Positions 31,733-48,822 of a stretch of 64,000 nt of DNA are shown here, in pieces. The stretch lies in NCBI RefSeq assembly GCF_009914755.1, contig NC_060947.1; one strand, 5' to 3'. The notes below the pieces were generated by a model. It had not been told where the DNA came from. It saw nothing but the letters and a program-made list of their open reading frames with translations, and did no database searches. The translations under genes and the position numbers were made by a program. Origin of the DNA: the human T2T-CHM13v2.0 reference genome, Homo sapiens. The stretch's first letter is position 1, and the number at the start of each line of letters is the position of its first letter.

Positions 31733-32946
31733 TCACTATCTCTGGAAAACTAGTTGGTGTACAGATTTGTAGGCCAGGGTTTGTGTCGATTTATTTGATA
31801 TTTTAGTATAACAGCAAACAGGCAAACTTTACCAGATACTGTGTAGAAATTTGAAAATGTGAGGCCAGTTTGTACAGTTCAGAGGGAATGCTTTTTAACT
31901 GTAGAATCAGATAGCTGGAAGGGATCTTTGAGGGAAAGTAATTTCCCTAGTCACATCTATGTCTCCTGGCTCAGTCTTCTTTGTCATTTAATCTGTGTGT
32001 GTGGGTGTGTGCGTGCGCACACGTGCGTACTTACAAAGGGCTTCATTCATACCTTTTCTCTTGGATCTGGAAAAAATTTTTTTATGTTTTCCAATGAGAT
32101 ACATTTGTAGTAATCATATTTGAAACAATGCTAAGGTATATATAGTCTTATATGTAAACTAGAATCTTAACATTATTTGAATCTTGGAGATAATGTTAAA
32201 AGTCTTAGCTAAAATGATTCCATTGATTTTATCGATTGACTAACATCAATCAATATGTTTAAAGTTATTCTAAGAAGCAATATTTTTATTTAAAAAAACC
32301 TTTCTTTCATGGCAAAATAGCTTAAAAGAACTTTAAAAAAAAACCCTATGTGATATGTTCCAGTTTATTTGCTAAAAGCAAACAGTTATTTGGTATTTGT
32401 CAGACAGAATTCTTCAGTACCTGCTTTCTATTATAGCTATTTTCCAGTTACCACTCATTCGTTTATACTCCTTCCTTTAAAGCAGCACAAGATCTTGAAG
32501 TTTTTTTTTTATCAGTTAAGAAATATTGGATTGTATTGGATAGTATACATAGTTTAGTCTGTTAGTTCTCTGAAAGTTACTGAACAATGGACAATGTGCA
32601 TGTCACTGACATCCGTCTCAGATCTTCTGGGACAACTATGATTTAAGAGATTCTATCTCATTATTACAGATACCAAAAAAATACTTGGGTAATTCCAGTG
32701 TGTTGGCTTTCCAACTCCTGAACACTACACAATTTTATTATCAGTTTTTGTATGGTGATTTTAGGCTATGAAAACATTATTTTATGTACATAGAGAAATT
32801 TTTATTATGAATGTTTGAGCTCACTAGCCCAGCCCTCCTCTATTTTGAAAAAGAGAGTTTACTACATTTTTTACTATGTAGTTGAAAACAACATGTATTT
32901 TGTCATTTTTAGAATGGTCAGTCTATTTCTATAAAATTTTAAATGT

Positions 32947-33251
32947 GGCTGGGCGCAGTGGCTCATGCCTGTAATCCCAGCAATTTGTGAGGCTGAGGCG
33001 GACAGAACACTTGAGGTCAAGAGTTTAAGACCAGCCTGGCCCAAATAGGGAAACCCCGTCTCTACTAAAAATACAAAAATTAACTCGGTGTGGTGGTGTG
33101 CGCCTGTAGTCCCAGCTACTCAGGAGGCTGAGGCAGGAGAATCTCTTGAAACATGGAGGCGGAGGTTGCAGTGAGCCAAGATCGTGCTATTGCACTCCAG
33201 CCTGGGTGACAGAGTGAGAGACTCTGTCTCAAAACAAACAAACAAACAAAA
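32947..33251 (+). mobile_element. AluS upstream of exon 9
   Basis: GGCTGGGCGCAGTGGCTCA start, (CAAA)n tail. Confidence 0.95.
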
Positions 33252-33616
33252 GTTTAAATGAGACCATCAAATTTAAGGGATTCTGATCCAGATTAAATTA
33301 ATGAATATGGTTCCAGGTCCTAGTCTCTGAGTTTTTGAAAGAGAATAAAGCTTATGTTTGTCTTTTAAAAAATATCCTAATTTCAGGTAATCTTTTAGGT
33401 ATTTGCTCGCCTAGGGAAGTTCAGGCACCAGAGGAGGACTTTTTTTTTTTAAACTATTAATTTAACAGAAGATAAGATAATTGAAGAGCTTGGGAAAATA
33501 GGTTGGGGGAGGGAGCAGAAATATTTGTGATCTTACTAGCTAACAGAATTGCTGCTTGGTTTATTACTAAAAGGGTTTTATTTCTCAAGTCTTTCTGTTT
33601 GCTTTTCATTCTCCAG

Positions 33617-33713
33617 GTAAGAAGCGCAATTCCACACTCTACATAACCATGTTACTCATTGTTCCAGTCATCGTCGCAGGTGCAATCATAGTACTCCTGC
33701 TTTACCTAAAAAG
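33617..33713 (+). CDS. IL13RA1: IL13RA1 exon 9 (transmembrane exon, 97 nt)
   Basis: Acceptor ctccag, (G)KKRNSTLYITMLLIVPVIVAGAIIVLLLYLK(R), donor gtaagg; long hydrophobic segment. Confidence 0.98.
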
Positions 33714-33780
33714 GTAAGGTAGCTGCCCAGGCAGGTTTTGCAGTTTCTGATAGCCTGTTTGCTGTGGTTATTACTTTTAG

Positions 33781-34186
<406 letters not shown>

Positions 34187-34589
34187 GCTATGCCCACTTT
34201 CTAATGAAAACCATGTTGGATTAGTTTTCCAGGGCTCCCTGCTCAAGCACTGCTGCCTTTGCATGTGTTTAGGATTGTTGAATAGGTCCTATGTTCACAT
34301 AATACTCTTTCAAATGCCTAATCTATCAAGTTAGTCAGTAGTTCTTAGAATGAAGTTTTAGAAATGGAGACCTTTACTAATAAAATGACTTGTCTGGTAT
34401 TAATGCAAAGTAGGCTACTACTTAATATTGTGGGAAAGAGAACTTCATCAAGTTGTCATGAATGTATGGTATCCATTCCTTGAGAATATTTTATTTTCTC
34501 TATCTCATTATAGGACTGTTATTTGCTCTTGTAGTAAATAACTAAGGTTGAAATAAGGTTATTAAGTTGGATCCAGAACCAATATTTTA

Positions 34590-35760
34590 TCATTATTTCA
34601 ACATTTATTCAACATATATATATACTCTCTCTATATATGTATATTTTTTGAGTGCCTATTTGTGAACCAGGTACTGTTCTAAGTGCTAAAGTTACAGCAG
34701 TGAACAGGACAAAGTCCTCATCTACATTCTAGAGGGAAAGATACACACATGCACATACACACACACACACAAAATAAATAATAAATACTATAATTTCACT
34801 TAGAAGTATAATTGACAGTAGTGGGGTATGGCTAGGAGGTGATAGGAGGTGCATTTTATGTAGGATGTCACCAAGAAAGTGACATTTGAGGAGAGACTCC
34901 CAGTAATGTAAAGGAGTGAATCATTCAGATATTCGAGGAAAGAGCACTCCAGGCCATGGGAACAGCAAATGCAAAGTCCCCAAGGCTGAAATGCACTTGG
35001 TTTGTTTGGCTGGAGTGGAGAGTGCAGGGTAGAGAGTGGCAGCGAGGGAGGACAGAGGTTGGCCAACCACATCACGCAGGCCATGGCAAGGAACTGAGAT
35101 TTTATTCTAAGCATGATGAGGAGCATTGGAGAGTTTTGAGCAGAGTAGGCACATGGTCTGAGTTACTGTCATAAAGGATTATTGTAGTTGCTGAGTGAAG
35201 AACTGACTTGGGCAAAAGTGGAAGCCGATGGAGTAGTTCGGAGGCATTGCAGTGTTTTGGCAGAAAGATGAGGATAACCTATACTAGGGGGTTAGCAATG
35301 GAGATAGCAAGAAGTGGTCAGAAATAGTATATATTTTGAGAGTAGAATTGATAAGACTTGCTGTTAGTTGCCTGTCTGTGGAGGTGTGAAGGTAATTAAG
35401 GATTCAGAGATACCTCTTAGATTTTTGGCTTGAGCAACTGAGTGAATGCTGGTGCCATGTACTGAGACAGAGAAGGCTGTGAGGAGAGCTGGGTTTGAGG
35501 GAAAGATAAGGACTTCAGTTTTGCATATGTTAAGTTTGAGATGCTTATTAGATATCCAAATAAGGATGTTAAATAAGCGATTTTGTGCATGAATCTGGAG
35601 TTGAAGGGAGAGGTCTGGGCTGAAGATCTAATTTTGGGAATCCTCGGCATGTGAATGGATTTAAAGCCTAAAGACCGAAAGGAGTGCTCATAAAGTGAAT
35701 GAGATAGACAAGAAGACAAAAAACTGAATCCTGGGGCACATCCATGGACACTCACTGGGA
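34590..35760. mobile_element. L2 fragment (long)
   Basis: ttgagtgcct..ccaggtactgttctaagtgct; gtgacatttgag; tttttggcttgagcaactg; gagaggtctgggctg. Confidence 0.8.
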
Positions 35761-36164
35761 GATGGAGGCAAGCTATAAGATTGAAAAATGGAGAGAAGTA
35801 GGAAGGAAAAAGAAACAGAGGAATGTATCCTGTTCTCAGATTATTCTTTTCAAAATTATACAGAGCAAGCGCCCATCTGGTCTGTTAAAAGTAGAGTAGC
35901 ATATTATTTAGATGATAGGGTATAAGTAATTCATTTATTCTGATGGTCCCTGTGCTCCACCTATGGGCAAGAGTAGAACTTAATGCCCTTAGAACATTGA
36001 TTTTTGTGTACCCTATTTTAGAAATTTCTTCACAACTGCCTTGTCAATAAAGATGACTTGTGTACCATGTCTTTTGTCCATGCCTTCTTTTAATATGGTG
36101 GTATTTATGTGGGACACTCCTATGGACTGGAAGGTTTGAATCAAATGTCTCTGTTTTCTTAAAG

Positions 36165-36249
36165 GCTCAAGATTATTATATTCCCTCCAATTCCTGATCC
36201 TGGCAAGATTTTTAAAGAAATGTTTGGAGACCAGAATGATGATACTCTG
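36165..36249 (+). CDS. IL13RA1: IL13RA1 exon 10 (Box1 JAK/TYK2-binding motif)
   Basis: Acceptor ttaaag, (R)LKIIIFPPIPDPGKIFKEMFGDQNDDTL, donor gtaaga; proline-rich Box1 PPIPDP. Confidence 0.98.
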
Positions 36250-36324
36250 GTAAGAACAGATTTCATGGGGCTTGAAATGTTTTTTTTTTTTTTTTTTTTT
36301 TGGAAGCTATGGCATTTTTTAAAA

Positions 36325-37060
36325 AAGTGTGGTAAGGTATCCATAACATAAAATTTATTATTTTAAGCATTTTTAAGTATACAGTTCAGGCTGGGTATGG
36401 CAGCTGACGCCTGTAATCCCAACACTTTGGGAGGCTGAGGCAGGAGGATCACTTGAGCCCAGCAGTTTGAGACCAGCCTGGACAGCATGCCACTGCACCC
36501 AGCTAATTTTTATATTTTTTTGCGAGATCTCATTTCCACAAAATATATAAAAATTAGCCGGGTGCAGCGGCATGCACCTGTGGTCCCAGCTACTCAGGAG
36601 ATTGAGGTGGGAGGATCCCTTGAGCCCAGGAGTTCAAGGTTGCAGTGAGCCATGATCATGCCACTGCATTCCAGCCTGGATGACAGAGCGAGACTCTCTA
36701 AAAAATAAAATATATATGTGTGTATATGTGTGTGTGTATATATATATATATATATACACACATACAGTTTAGTGTCATTAAATACATTTATAAGTTGTAC
36801 AACCATCGCCACTATCTCTTTCCAGAAATTTTTCATCATCCCAAATAGAAACTGTGGCTGTTAAACAATAATTCCCCATCCCCTCATTCCTCCCACCCCT
36901 GGTAGCCTCTATTCTACTTCTTGTCTCTATGAATTAAATATTCTAGATACCTCCTATATGTGAAATCATGCAATAATTTGTCCTTTTGTGTCTGGCTTAT
37001 TTCATTTACCATAATGTTTTAAAGGTTCATTCATGTTGTAGCATGTATCAGAATTTCCTT
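36325..37060 (-). mobile_element. L1M fragment with inserted rearranged AluJ (36389-36710, plus)
   Basis: L1 motifs on both sides; Alu with (TA/TG/CA) tail; TSD about atacagtt. Confidence 0.8.
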
Positions 37061-40000
37061 TTGAAATTGGTTCTTCTAAAGTACAATTTATTTTTAAAAA
37101 TTTGAAGGAGAGCTGATTTAAAATATAGTATCTGAGGCCAAGCATACCAGTTAAAAAGTCTTCAGAATACTTTGCTCATCTTATATAACTGGGCTCCATT
37201 CTCTCTCTGGTTAGGAGACATATTTTATCAAAACATGCAGGAAGAAGGGCCTCCTTTATGAAGCTAGCCTAATGAGCAGGCCTTCTGACTCTTGGATAAT
37301 TTAAAAAACTTGATGTGGGGAAATATAAACATAGGGTAAGCAATTGAAATGCATTGTGTTCATGTTGTTTCTTGGAAGGCTAGACTCCAAAGATATAGAA
37401 ATGGAGCAGCCCTACCCCAACTGTTATAGTTGGTTTCCTGCAGATTCTCATGCTAGAATTTGTGGCCAGAAAACCTAAGACATTATGGGAACAAAAGGGT
37501 TTGAGGCTTCTAACTTTAGTTGGATTTATCATCCACCCTACTGAAATAATAAAGACACTAAATGAAATAAATATTATTATCATTGTGTATATCTTAAAGG
37601 AATAATAACAAGCATAGGGCAGTTAATTTAGGGAAGTAGTACTGCATAGTAGATAATAGCCTGATTTCTGGAGTCAGATTGTCTGGATTCATATCCCTGC
37701 TGTGTCATTTACCATCTTTTTGACCTTGGATAATTTTCTTAGCTTCTCTGTGACTCAATTTTTTCATTAGTAAAATGGAGGTAACAATAGCACCTGCCTC
37801 ATAGTGTTGTTATGTGGATTAACTTAATACCCAACAGTTAATTGAATGGAAACTGCTTAGCCTACCTGGTACCTTGTAAGTGCTTAATAAGTGTTAGTGA
37901 TTAGTATTACTATTGATAATAATTTATTTTTATCTTTAATTCCCAAATAATTATTGTAATAATGGGTGATTCTCAATGGTAGTGATGATATTTGGTTAGG
38001 GAAGGAAGGCAGAGAGGCAAATATGCTATCAGAAGAGGATTCATTTGGATCACTTTTTAACCAGGTCATCTTCACAGACAGTAGATAACTCTGCCAGACC
38101 CTGGGAGTCAGGGCATGTAGACCCAGAAGTTAGGTACCTGATGAGGAAATTGTATGCCGTATCTGGAGCGAGTATGATAGCTATGGTTCTCCAACTTTAG
38201 TTGAGTCACAGTCAACTGGAGTGCTTACAAGAAATACAGATTTCTGGACCCTACTTCCAATTCCCTGACCTGACCTGATTTGGCAGGTCAGGGACGAGTT
38301 CTAGGACTCTGCATATTTAATAGGAGCCCACAGATGATCCCTGTCCTGCTAAGAGAGTCTGTGGACCACACTTTGAAAATCAGTGATAAAGATATTTACC
38401 CCTGTCTCTTACTTCATTTCACCAGCTGTGATAGATGCTGGAGGTTGGGAATTGTACAAGTACCCTAACAACTTTCACCAGCTATTGAAAGTCTACTATG
38501 TGTCAGACAATGTATTAAGTGCTTTGCCTATATTACCTTATTGAATCTTCATAACCACCCTATGGAGAAGATGCTGTTGGTATTATTTTACAGATGAGGA
38601 AATGGAGCCCCAATGAGGTTAAGCAATTTAGCTGCAGTCACACAGCTAGTTGGTGGTAAGGTAGAATTTGACCCAGGGCTGTCTTAATGCTAGACTTCTC
38701 TTGGTCTTTCTACTAGGCTGCATTGCCTCTTGTAAGATAGAATGCTTGTTCTGAAGAACCTCACCATCTTCTAAGACATCTGTATGACAGAAGTAGAGGG
38801 TTGGCATAGGGGATTTCTGAGAAAAAGATTTAGGGTTGTATTATGAATAGCTTTAAATGGGAAGATATTGGCATGTCTTGTATATATTAATGGCACTTTT
38901 CATGCACTGCTGGTGGGCCTGTAAAATGATAGATATCCTTTCTGGAGGGCAAACTGGTAAAATGTAACAGGAATCTTTGAGCCTATGATTATACTTTTAG
39001 GAACCAATTTTGAGGAAATGATCCAACAATGGCACAAGAGTGGTCAATGCGGCATTTGCTTTTAACATGAAAAATTAGAAGCCAATGAAACATAACAATT
39101 GAGAATTAGTTTAAAAAAATATGTTAGGTTTTCAAAGCATTTAATGTTATAACAAAATACTCAAAATACAGGAGTAAGAAACTTACCATAAACATGTAGT
39201 ATATTACAATCATAATTTTTATCAAAAATGCATTAATATATACATAGAACGAGGGGAAGGAAATGGGTCCGAATGAATGATCATTTCTAGGCAAAGGGAT
39301 TGTGGGTAACTGATATTACTCTCTCTCTACCTTTCTAAAATTTCCAGATTGCCTATAGTGAGCATGTACTACTTTTATAATAAAAGAAACCCTGTACAAG
39401 TCATTAAGGGAAAAAGAAAATACTGTAGTCATCCAGGTCTGAGAGATAATAGGAACTTGAACTTAGGTGGTAGCAGAGGAGATTGACGTAAGAGACATTA
39501 TTAAAGGAAATCAACTCATTATGACTTGGTGAGTCTGTGTGGGTGATGAGAGGTAGGGAGAGTAAAAAATAATTTCAAGTTTTCAAGTCTGAGTAATAGA
39601 GTGAATGATGGTAACATTGACAGCAAAATCAGATCAATTATCTTTCTCAGAGATGGGAAAATTGCTTTTTTCAATTTGCTGTCTAGAGGATAATATGTTG
39701 TTTTTGTCCCGATGAGTCAGATAATTCTGTAATTTGGTGACGCAAATATACTGACAATATGGACCATTAAAAGCACAAGGTATTTTTGTTTTGTCCATTG
39801 CAGACCATTAAACAAAATCAGTTCTTTAAAACTAAAAGTATAATAAAAATTCCAGATATGGGGAAGGGTAAGAGAACAAATTTTTATGTCGGCTTTTAAC
39901 CAAATGAAAAAAATCTGCTTTCTTCACATGGCATCAATTCTCACAAATTGAACTGCATATGCTGCATACTCTTTTACTTCTAGCATCATTGAATTATTGA

Positions 40001-40160
40001 ATGAACATAGCCCTAGAGGTCATCTAATGAGGTGGATGTTGACATGTTTAATTATTTCCCTTTAATTATAAATGTTCAAAACTCGAGATTCTCACTCATC
40101 TCCCTCTCTTTAGAGATGGGGACATGAGGAGCCACAGAGAAGTTTCTCAAGGACTGTCAC

Positions 40161-40550
40161 TGTGTTAAGCCAATCTTGTATTGCTATAAAGACATACCTG
40201 AAACTGGGTAATTTATAAATAAAAGAGGTTTAATTAGCTCATGGTTCTGCAGGCTTCACAGGAACTGTGGTGCCAGCATCTGCTTCTGGTGAGTATCTCA
40301 GGAAGCTTACAGTCATGGTGGAAAGTGAAGGGGGAGCAGGCATCTTACGTGGTGAGAGTGGGAACAAGAGGGGGTAGGAGGTGCCATACACTTTTAAACA
40401 GCTCTTATGAGAACTCACTGTTGTGATGACAGCATTAAGCCATGAGGGATCCACCCCTATGACCCAAACACTTCCCACCAGGCCACACTTCCAACGTTGG
40501 GGATTACAATTCAGTATGAAATTTGGCAGGGACATATATCCAAACTGTCA
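40161..40550. mobile_element. MSTA/B MaLR solo LTR
   Basis: ttgctataaag..actgggtaatttataaataaaagaggtttaatt..catggttctgcaggct..ggggattacaattca. Confidence 0.85.
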
Positions 40551-41062
40551 GTCACATAGAGAGGCAACTGCAAAACCTGGACTAGAACCCATATAGCCCA
40601 AAGTTACCAACTTCCAATCCAAATAAATAATCTTGTCCTTTTTTAAACACTGTCTTCTTCCACACTGCACCATTAATAGTTGTTCTTATAAAAACTTATT
40701 TAGTTATGGCCATGAATAAGTTAAATCTTCAGTATAGTTTTCCTTAAAGTTACTCGTGTTTTGATGATGTTTTGTTCATTACTATAGTAATGTTTTGGCC
40801 AACAGCATTTCTTTCTGTTGCTTTGCTATTTGCCTTTTCCTTGTGACTAATTGGGCTTCTGGCCATATTGAGGGGAGGTAAGGGGAGTTGCAGAGGGAAT
40901 TGCTTCTCCTCTCTATCTGCATTTCTCTTATCCATAAAAAAAAAAATCTGTCCTCCCCCTGCTTCTTGGAAACCAATTCTTATTTTCAGCATTGTGCCAT
41001 TTTTATATTCTTGTTCAGAAAGGAGCTTTTTAAACATGGGGATAACATCCAAATACTGCTGA

Positions 41063-42637
<1,575 letters not shown>

Positions 42638-43568
42638 TCAACTTGTTCTTTTTCAAGTTGCAATGATTTTAAGGTGTGGAGATCTACAATTCATTTTGTA
42701 TAACTTTCTGTTTTGAATGATAATCTGAAGAGAGACTGGGGCATGAAATAGGTAGACTTGTATACCAAAGGCCAGTGTTTTTGCATGGGGCTAAGGTACA
42801 TGAAGCTCACTTCACTTCTGTAGACAATCCACTCTGGAAAATATCTTAACCAAATCTTGAAAGTAATCTTAAGTTGAGACTTGATATTTCATTGTACTAC
42901 CAAATTTATGCCTTTAAATTATAAAAACCTATATAACATGCCGTTTTTCTAGGCTCACATAATTACCAACTAAAAGCCAGTTGTGTAAGCCCCCTAATCA
43001 CTGATTTTCTTCATCTATGATGTTTTTCATCTTTGGCCATTACTCTGTTGTTGATTACTTTGTTTTTAAAATTGGCAGTAAGGATTGAATTTTGGGCTGG
43101 TAATTGTGTGGATTTGTTTATTTTTTTCTACAAGTGGTTTTAAAATTAGACAGGCATATAATTCACAGAATTGAATAATAGGAAAGAGCCATTGCATTTA
43201 TTTCTTTTACCTTACATGGACATATTCATAGAAGCAGTACTCAGGAAAAGGCCACTGTGTTGATAAAGGGTGGAAATGAGAGTAATTCAAATTTTGGGGA
43301 TGAAAAAAGGCAATCAGAAAGATTAATGTATTCTGAGAAGCCCTTTCTGTTGTAGTGTTCACCTCATTAAAACAAATTGCTTTTTTCTTGTCCAGCACAG
43401 CCAAGTGTTGGTCTAATGACCGGAAACAAAAGTAATTTTCAGGGTGCATTTTTAATAGTTATACAGTTTTTATTTGTGAAAAATCCATATTACACACACA
43501 CACACACACACACACTTCACCACTATACATTCATGCATTTTTTAAATTAAAACTTTTTTTTTTTTTCT

Positions 43569-43955
<387 letters not shown>

Positions 43956-44849
43956 TTAGAACTACAGATAGTCAAGAGAGAAAGACAAAATCACTCTTAA
44001 TCCTGTCACCCAGATATAACTATCTTTAATGGTATGTGAACAACATAGGGAAACTGAAATACCTTTAGTGATAAATGGAGTAATAGCAACCACAATAATA
44101 ATAGTTCATACTTATGGAACCTTTACTATGTGTCTTAATAACACTGTCATATTGAATTGTATTTGAATGTAACAAATGAGAATTAAAAGAATTTCTGAAC
44201 TTTTGATATAAAATAAATTTTAATGATGATTGAAAAGATATTTTTCCATATGCTCTCCCCATTTGCTCCCCATTTTTATAGTTGTTGAACATCTCCATTG
44301 TGTCCTCATATAGAGCCCTCATTTAGTCTTACTTCAGTGTGTGGAGATACACTTGATGCTCACTACCATTTTTTATGTCAACATTGCTCCAGTCATTTGG
44401 GTTGTTTGAAGCTGGAAAGTTTTCTCAGGAAGTATTCATGGGACCGGCATTTCCTGAATTATTTACAAATTGATGGAATTTGCTACATTTATCATTGAAA
44501 GTCATTTTGGCAAAATATAAAATCCATGGCTCATAGGTCCTGCGTTGCGTATCTTAAATGTGTCATCCATTTTCTTCTGGCATAATATGTTTTGTCAGAG
44601 TCAGCAGACAATATAATTTTCCTCCTGTATTAAAACACTTGGTCTTTTTGGCTGGTTGTCAAATGATTTTTTTCTTCAAAGTCCAATAATTTTACCAGAA
44701 TATGTGTTGGCGTTGTGATTTTTTGCAGTGTATGGTGTGCTTTCTCAGTATGTAATTTTAGATCTTTTTTTTTTTAATTTTAGTAAAAGTTTCTTCACTT
44801 ACAGATTTTAGTTATTCTCTTCCCATGTTTTCTTTGACCTTTCACATCT

Positions 44850-46277
<1,428 letters not shown>

Positions 46278-46876
46278 TTCTGTTGTTCATTTTTGTATGA
46301 AATCAGTTTCCTGAACTTTTAGAAGGAGGCTTGATTGAGACAAGTTGTTTCTTTCCCTAATTTTATGGCTGTAGAGCTCCATCCTCTAATGAATTACATT
46401 CTGAAATCTCCTGGCCCTTTCTGTCTACCTTTCTGCTTTGATCTAGGCTTTCTTTTTTGTCGCTCTTGTCCCTGTCCTGACTAATTTGTAATCCAGTTTC
46501 ACCAGTTTCTCCTCAGAGTGCAGCTTTGCCCTGGAAGGGATTAAGGATTAGTTTTGAGTTTCTGGAGGCCCAGGCTGCTTTCAGTCTAGACCACGGACTC
46601 CTTGCACTCAATCACTGTTTGAAAATGCAAACCCTTCCCTTTATCAGTTGTTCATAAATTTGCTTGCTGAAGTTGAGTTATTTTACAGTTCTCAGATCTA
46701 TAGGATGCCATGTTGAGTCCGTTTATATACTCTTCCACAGCTTATACCATTTTGGTCCTGTAACTATCTCTAATTTGTCCACATTCACTCTTACTTTGAG
46801 GTTCATGGGGGAAATGTTTTCATCTTGTTTTGTTGTAGATTTCATCTTGTGTTGGTAGATTTTGGATTTACTTTCC

Positions 46877-47962
46877 TATTGGGGGAACCAGCCCCCAATA
46901 TTTCAACGTAAGTTCTTTTCTATTTTCCCTAAGTGTCAGCCGGTCTGATAAATAAAGGGAAAGAGTACAAAAGAGAGAAATTTTAAAGCTGGATGTCTGG
47001 GGGAGACATCACATGTCAGCAGGTTCCATGATGCCCCCTAAGCCGTAAAACCAGCAAGTTTTTATTAGCAATTTTCAAAGGGGAGGGAGTGTACGAATAG
47101 GGTGTGGGTCACAGAGATCACATGCTTCAAGGGCAACAAAATATCACAAGGCAAATGGGCAGGGCAAGGTCACAAGGCCAGGGCGAAACTAGAATTTCGC
47201 CTGGTTCCTGGTCCTGCTGTGCATGCATTGTCATTGATAAACATCAGGAAACAGGGTTTGAGAGCAGACAACCATTCTGACTAAAATTTACTAGGCAGAA
47301 ATTTCCTAATCCTAATAAGCCTGAGGGTGCTGCAGGAGACTAGGGCGTGTTTCATCTCTATCTATGACTGCATAAGGCAGACACTCCTAGAGCAGCCATT
47401 TTAGAGGCCTCCTCCTGGGAATGCATTCTTTTCCCAGGGCTGTTAATTGCTAATATTCCTTACTGGGGAAATAATTCAGTGATATTTCTCGTACCTGTTT
47501 TTGGCAATAAGAGAAATATGACTGTCCTGCCCGGCTCCAGGCAGTCAGACCTAATGGTTATCTCCCTTGTTCCCTGAACATTGCTGTTATCCTTTTCTTT
47601 TTTCAAGGTGCCCAGATTTCATATTGTTCAAACACACATGCTTTATGAACAATTTGTGCAGTTAATGCAATCATCACAGGGGCCTGAGGCGACATACATC
47701 CTCAGTTTATGAAGATGACGGGATTAAGAGATTAAAGTAAAGATAGGCATAGGAAGTTATAAGAGTATTGATTGGGGAAGTGATAAATGTCTATGAAATC
47801 TTCACAATTTATGTTCAGAGATTGCAGTAAAGAGAGGCGTAAGAAATTATAAAAGTATTAATTTGGAGAACTAATAAATGTCCATGAAATCTTCACAATT
47901 TATATTCTTCTGTCATGACTTCAGCAGGTCCCTCCGTTCGGGGTCCCTGACTTCACGCAACA
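46877..47962 (-). mobile_element. MER11 (HERV-K11/HML-8) solo LTR
   Basis: Minus strand starts TGTTGCGTGAAGTCAGGGACCCCGAACGGAGGGACC; 6-bp TSD ctttcc at 46871-46876 and 47963-47968; internal repeat of catgaaatcttcacaattta. Confidence 0.92.
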
Positions 47963-48049
47963 CTTTCCTATTTATATTTCCAACTTGTGTTTTTTTATGG
48001 TGATATTTGGGAATATTCAAAAACGATGCTGCTACCACCATCTTCTTCG

Positions 48050-48365
48050 CAGAATTTTTCTGCAAACTATAGACCAAGGGGCAAATTCTGCCTGCCACTT
48101 GTTTTTGTACAGTCTTTAACCTAAGAATGGTTTTTGTGCTTCTAAATAGTTGGGAAAAAAATGTAAGAATACTATTTCATGGCACATGAAATTAAGATTT
48201 CAGTGTCATACAGTTTCGTTGGCCAGGCCCATTCATTTATATATTGTCTGTGGCTGCTTTCATGCTACAACAGCAGAGTTGTTTTATAGGCACAGAGACT
48301 ATATGGCCCCCGAAGCTGAAAATACTTCTTATCTAGCCATTTTCAGGAAAAGTTAGTCAACCCTG
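48050..48365. mobile_element. MER58B-like hAT relic
   Basis: gcaaactat..gcctgcc..gtttttgta..tgtggctgctttcatgctacaacagcagagtt..aaaagtt..cccctg. Confidence 0.7.
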
Positions 48366-48608
48366 GTCCCCTATAATATAGTTTTTAGTGGCTAAATAAT
48401 ATTCCATTGTGTGCACATATTATAATGTACTTAACAAAATTCCTATTGGCATTTGGATGAATCCTAAATTTCATTGTATAGGCATCATTTCACAGCTAAG
48501 TATAAGCATATGTATTAATATTTTATTACTGTCTTAGGATAAATTGTTACAAGCCAAATTGCATGATCAAGGGGGAGGGTATATGTATTTTAAACTCTTT
48601 GACTGATA

Positions 48609-48822
48609 CAGGCTGAGTATTCCTAATCTGAAAATCTAAAATCCGAAATGCTCCCAAATCTGAAACTTTCTAACATGACGTTCAAAGGAAATGTTCATTG
48701 CAACATTTGGAATTTCAGATTTTTGCGTTAGTGATGCTCAGCTGGTAAGTATATAGTGCAAATATTCCAAAAGCTGAAACACTTCTGGTCCCAAGCATTT
48801 TGCATAAGGGATATTCTACCTG
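48609..48822. mobile_element. Tigger4a/MER46-like element
   Basis: TA-flanked TIRs caggctgagtattcct / agggatattctacctg; aaatccgaaatgctcc. Confidence 0.8.

Noticed and set aside
33378-33392. Second AG|GT juxtaposition (tttcag|gtaatc) 230 nt before exon 9
   Set aside because: Short pyrimidine tract and weaker donor; cannot be supported as a recursive site.
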